Source: Lytechinus pictus (taxonomy: Eukaryota). Taken from it: a DNA stretch of 64,000 nucleotides. Both the position numbers and the translations under genes were made by a program. Numbering within the stretch: position 1 is the stretch's first letter; every line of letters starts with the position of its first letter. Under the pieces are notes generated by a model, which was not told where the DNA came from, ran no database searches, and was given only the letters and a program-made list of their open reading frames with translations. The stretch covers positions 24,058,001 through 24,122,000 of the forward strand of contig NC_087245.1 in NCBI RefSeq assembly GCF_037042905.1, written 5' to 3'. Of this stretch, positions 60,320 through 64,000 are shown piece after piece.

Positions 60320-61532
60320 AAAGTCAAAGAGGGGCCTAAGCTTTCGATCCTAGCAGAATCTTCGTCGGAGGCAAAATGACAAACATATAAAGTGGAACAA
60401 CCATAATATAGACCACAAACAAGCTACAGCAACACTAGAAACAAGGAGACAAAAGGGGCATTAGTGAGTAGAGAAGACCAATCAGGTTAGTGAAGGGGAT
60501 GAAAAAAAAGGAGTAGGCAGACACAAAGGGAAGTTAGTGTAAGTAAGGCCAAGAGGGATTAAGATAATGAGGCAGGCAACATCAAACAGGATCTGGAACA
60601 AAACAGTGATAGAGGGATGAATAACTAGAGAATTAGTGAGAGGTGGGTCAAACAGGTTACAAAGAAAGGCTTAATAAACTGGTGCATAAGAGTGGGGGGA
60701 AAAAAGAAGAAAAAGAATGGGGAACAACTGATAATGTGCAAAAGACATATAATTATATATGATAAAGCATTAAACAAACTAAGAGAAGAAGGTAAGTGTA
60801 AATATGTATCTATAAGTGATATGTATATAAATATATCCAAAAAAGAAATGTATATGAAAAAATATATAAATATATACACATATGGTGTAACTGATATGGT
60901 AATCCGCTAGGTGTGACGGGAAAAAACATAAGACTATATAGTAGGAAAGAAAAAAAAATCTGTATATGTGAAAAAGAGGAAGCAAATTGCCTAAAAAGGT
61001 AAAAGCAAATATAGAAGAGAGGGGGTGTATTATGAAGAAACCATAGTATACATGTAAATAAGCAAATGTGGTAAATCTAAAAGAGGTGAGTGGAGAAAAA
61101 ACAAATATATATATATATATATAATAATTATTATATCGCCTGAATAAGGAAGGAAAAATTGGAGCTGAGCTTGTATGAGATATGGGAGGAAAGTAGAGTA
61201 AGAAACTATAATGTAACTATTCAAAAGAGCTGAGGGGAAAAATTATATGTATATATAAATTGAAAGTGGATAGGAAAGAAAAATCAGTCGTTCCCCTCTT
61301 GGATGTTCAGGCCATGAGGTTGGGTGGTGCGAAGTCGTCTCATCCAGAGCTTCTCCCTGCTAGTACGGACTGAGTCAGGACGGGTACCTAAAGATTCGAT
61401 GCCCTGTAGCATCATGTCAGTGATGGAGTGGTTGGGGAGGTTAAAATGGCGGCCAACTGGAGTGTCCAGCTTTGCTGTGTTGACGGTGGATCTGTGCCCG
61501 TAGAATCGTTTCTTGAGTGTGGTCTTGGTTTT
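60320..61532 (-). mobile_element. 5'-truncated Penelope-like retroelement (GIY-YIG endonuclease C-terminus + long 3' UTR/pLTR)
   Basis: Minus 61532-61284 reads KTKTTLKKRFYGHRSTVNTAKLDTPVGRHFNLPNHSITDMMLQGIESLGTRPDSVRTSREKLWMRRLRTTQPHGLNIQEGND*, typical of the PLE GIY-YIG C-terminus (RF..HR, V..HF, RE..W, P.GLN). TTTTATATT occurs on both flanks. Confidence 0.85.
60334..60372 (-). ncRNA. Minimal type I hammerhead ribozyme-like motif of the Penelope-like element
   Basis: Minus strand GCCU-CCGACGA-A-GAUUCU-gcu-AGGAUC-GAAA-GC-UU-AGGC: stem I GCCU/AGGC, stem II, GAAA, palindromic AAGCUU stem III. The core has C in place of U4. Confidence 0.6.
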
Positions 61533-62599
61533 ATATTGAATGAAGCTAATTCCATCAGGTATAGGCCCCTATCAAGTCAAAATCGATACAGGGATCGAGA
61601 GGGGGGGGGGGTGTGGAGCCAAAAATTTCCCAGTCACATGGTATGAAAATGATATTTTTTATGATTGTCCACGATCATTAGGGCAAACCCGTGTGTGGCA
61701 GTACGGTAGCGTGATGAGTAAAAAAAAATAAAAATAAAAGAAAGAAAGAGGGCCAATGTAGGCATACATGGCGCGTGGGAATGAAGTTGCTTTATATGTT
61801 CCAAGCGAGTGAAGCAAGCGAGAAAAAAAACTTTTCGTGCAAATCTAAATTTGAAATAGATATCTTAACTTACATTTTTCCTTTTCTTTTCATTAATTCC
61901 CTTCATTTCTTTTTTATCTTGGTTGTAGAACTTTCGGGGGCCCCTAGGCCTAACCCTTCCATCGTGTACCCCCAGTGCAATATCAGCAGGTGGGTCTCGA
62001 TAACTCTGGATATTTAGCAATTAGACCTATTTATAGAAAAACATAACGTTAATGTTTTGACCCCTTCCCCCCCAAAAAAGGAAAAACAATTATAAACTAA
62101 GTTATATACATCCCCCTTTTCTCATTTCGCTTTTTATTTTCTCTATTCCCTCCTTATTTTTTTTTGGGGGGAGGGACCTTTTCGGGGGGCACCGCCCCTA
62201 GCTACGCGCCTACCAGATGAAGAGGCGAGCGAGCAAAACCTTTGTCACTTTTATTACAAATATCAATTTTGCAATAGATTTTGACATAACATTCGGAATT
62301 ATTCTCGCATGCATTTTTCTTTCCTTTTGCTTTTTTATGGCCTTTTATTTCTCTTCCCTTTCTCTTTCTGTCTTTCTTTCTTTCTTTCTTTTCCTTCCTT
62401 CATTCCTTTTCTCTTATCCCGTTTTTTTTTTGGTGAAATCCACTGGACCGGGGATCAAGGGCCAGCCTGCATGCCCCCGGCGGTTTACGCCTCTGCCGTG
62501 GATGTAAGCTATATATACGCATGATCTTAATCTTCATTATGATTCAAACTATATAGAGGCGCATCCAAGATTTTCCAAATTAAGTAGGGGGGGGGGCGG

Positions 62600-62823
62600 G
62601 GTGAATTTTCTCAAGTAAAATTTGACAACTCCCAAAAAAGGTTCTTACTAAAAAAAAAAAACGGTCATTGTCTCGCGTAAAGTTTGACAAGTTAAAAAAA
62701 AAATGGTCACTCAAAATGAAAGTCATTTTGTCCGTGTAATATTCGGCAAGCCCCCCCCCCCACAAAAATAAGAAAAGGGAAAGTCATTTTGTCCACGTGA
62801 TATTTGGCAACCCCCCCCCCCCC

Positions 62824-62854
<31 letters not shown>

Positions 62855-63060
62855 TTTTAACTATAGCAATGATCGAAGGTCATTTTGTCTCGCGTAAAAT
62901 TTGACAATTTTTTTATAAAGTTGTCACTAAAAAAGAAGGTCACTTTTTCCACCGTTATATTTGGCAAGCCCCCACCCCCATAAAAATTTTGTCCCTAAAA
63001 GTGATGTATAGAAAGTCATATTGTTAATTTGTTCCCAGTAAAATTTGACAAGCAAAAAAA
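62600..63060. repeat. Degenerate ~50-60-bp tandem repeats (GTCATTTTGTCC..TAAAATTTGACAAG) inside a MITE-like element
   Basis: Repeated AAGGTCATTTTGTC(C/T)(G/A)CGT(A/G)A(A/T)ATTTG(A/G)CAAG motifs separated by A/C runs. Confidence 0.65.
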
Positions 63061-63873
63061 AGGCAAAAAAGAGAAAAGAATATGAACGAAATATCCCCAT
63101 TACAAATAATGCTGTGATTCTCATAAGGGAGGGGGGGGGGGCACATAACTAGTATTAACAAAATATTTAATTCCAAAATGTTTACTATAAATCTCAAAAG
63201 GGGGAACGGGCAGAAATGCTCACCCCAACCCCCCCCCCCCCCGCCACTGATTCCAATCAATAATGACTTTTCTCTGCAATACTGATGCTTTGAAATCAAG
63301 ATACTGAAGATTGATACGCTTAACATAAATTATGAACGTCTGACAAAAAGATAACCAACCGATCACCTGACCGATCAGCTGACCAGTACGCGTATCACTT
63401 CGGAGTTGATCACTCGTCGCAGCTGTGTGGAACGCTCACCGAAAATCAACAAAAAGGGCCTGAAATGTAAGTTTAACAATAATCAATTTTAATTTCAACT
63501 ATTTTTACAACTAAATAAAGGTTTGCCGTCCGAATGAAAGGTATATCGGATAACTCTAACTTGTATTAAGGTGTACATTTACCAAAGTCTTGGGTTGGAA
63601 ATCAGAACAGCATTGTCCAACCCATAATTTGGGTAATGTCGCCTATGAGGTCCATACATGTTAATGTTTGGACCTCATTGGTACTAGGAGTGGTCCACTG
63701 GCAAAGCCTTGGAATTGGGCTTGGCCAAGGGCAAGGCTGCGGCCGAGTCAGTGGAAAAGGGTTTGGCCACTTACACTGGTGCGAGGTTAACTAGCCAGGC
63801 GGCTTCTAGAGAGTAAAATTAAAAATCATTTACTAACGTAAGGTTACTCTCATACGAACACTCCTAGTACCAA

Positions 63874-63935
63874 TGTACTTCCCCAACGTTACGCGACGCT
63901 CGCGTCCTCGCGTCGCGTAACGTTGGGGAAGTACA
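63874..63935. repeat. Perfect 26-bp inverted repeat with 10-nt loop
   Basis: TGTACTTCCCCAACGTTACGCGACGC / GCGTCGCGTAACGTTGGGGAAGTACA. Confidence 0.95.
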
Positions 63936-64000
63936 ATAAGAAACAAGATGGCGGCGTAAACATTGGGCAAGTCTCTTCCGTCTTTTCACAATATTTTTTA

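Overview
This is AT-rich, intron-containing eukaryotic DNA. The repeat content (Deu-domain SINE, G/C-homopolymer hAT-like MITEs, TTAA elements) and the gene content point to an invertebrate deuterostome, probably a sea urchin (inference). I reconstructed four protein-coding loci by hand. (1) A 6-coding-exon, intact cathepsin L-like gene (minus, 19006-10548, 334 aa) in which both catalytic residues are replaced (Cys->Asp, His->Gln). (2, 3) Two tandem intronless rhodopsin-class GPCRs (plus, 22203-23252 and 27615-28649) with non-canonical motifs. (4) A 16-exon NRF-6/O-acyltransferase-like gene (minus, 51402-30372, 754 aa) whose exon 14 is split by a 670-bp TA-TSD DNA transposon. The rest is dense with mobile DNA: a 3.9-kb near-perfect foldback element with a 6-bp TSD, many MITEs with visible TSDs, tRNA-SINEs, a 5'-truncated Penelope-like element with a minimal hammerhead ribozyme motif, and a tandem duplication of the NRF-6-like promoter region. 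The most unusual observations are a short SINE-like element with a 7SL RNA (Alu-like) head fused to a Deu-like domain (44179-44354) and the catalytically remodelled cathepsin L. Most ORFs in the supplied track are spurious, arising from microsatellites or MITEs. All alignments were done by eye and no database searches were run.
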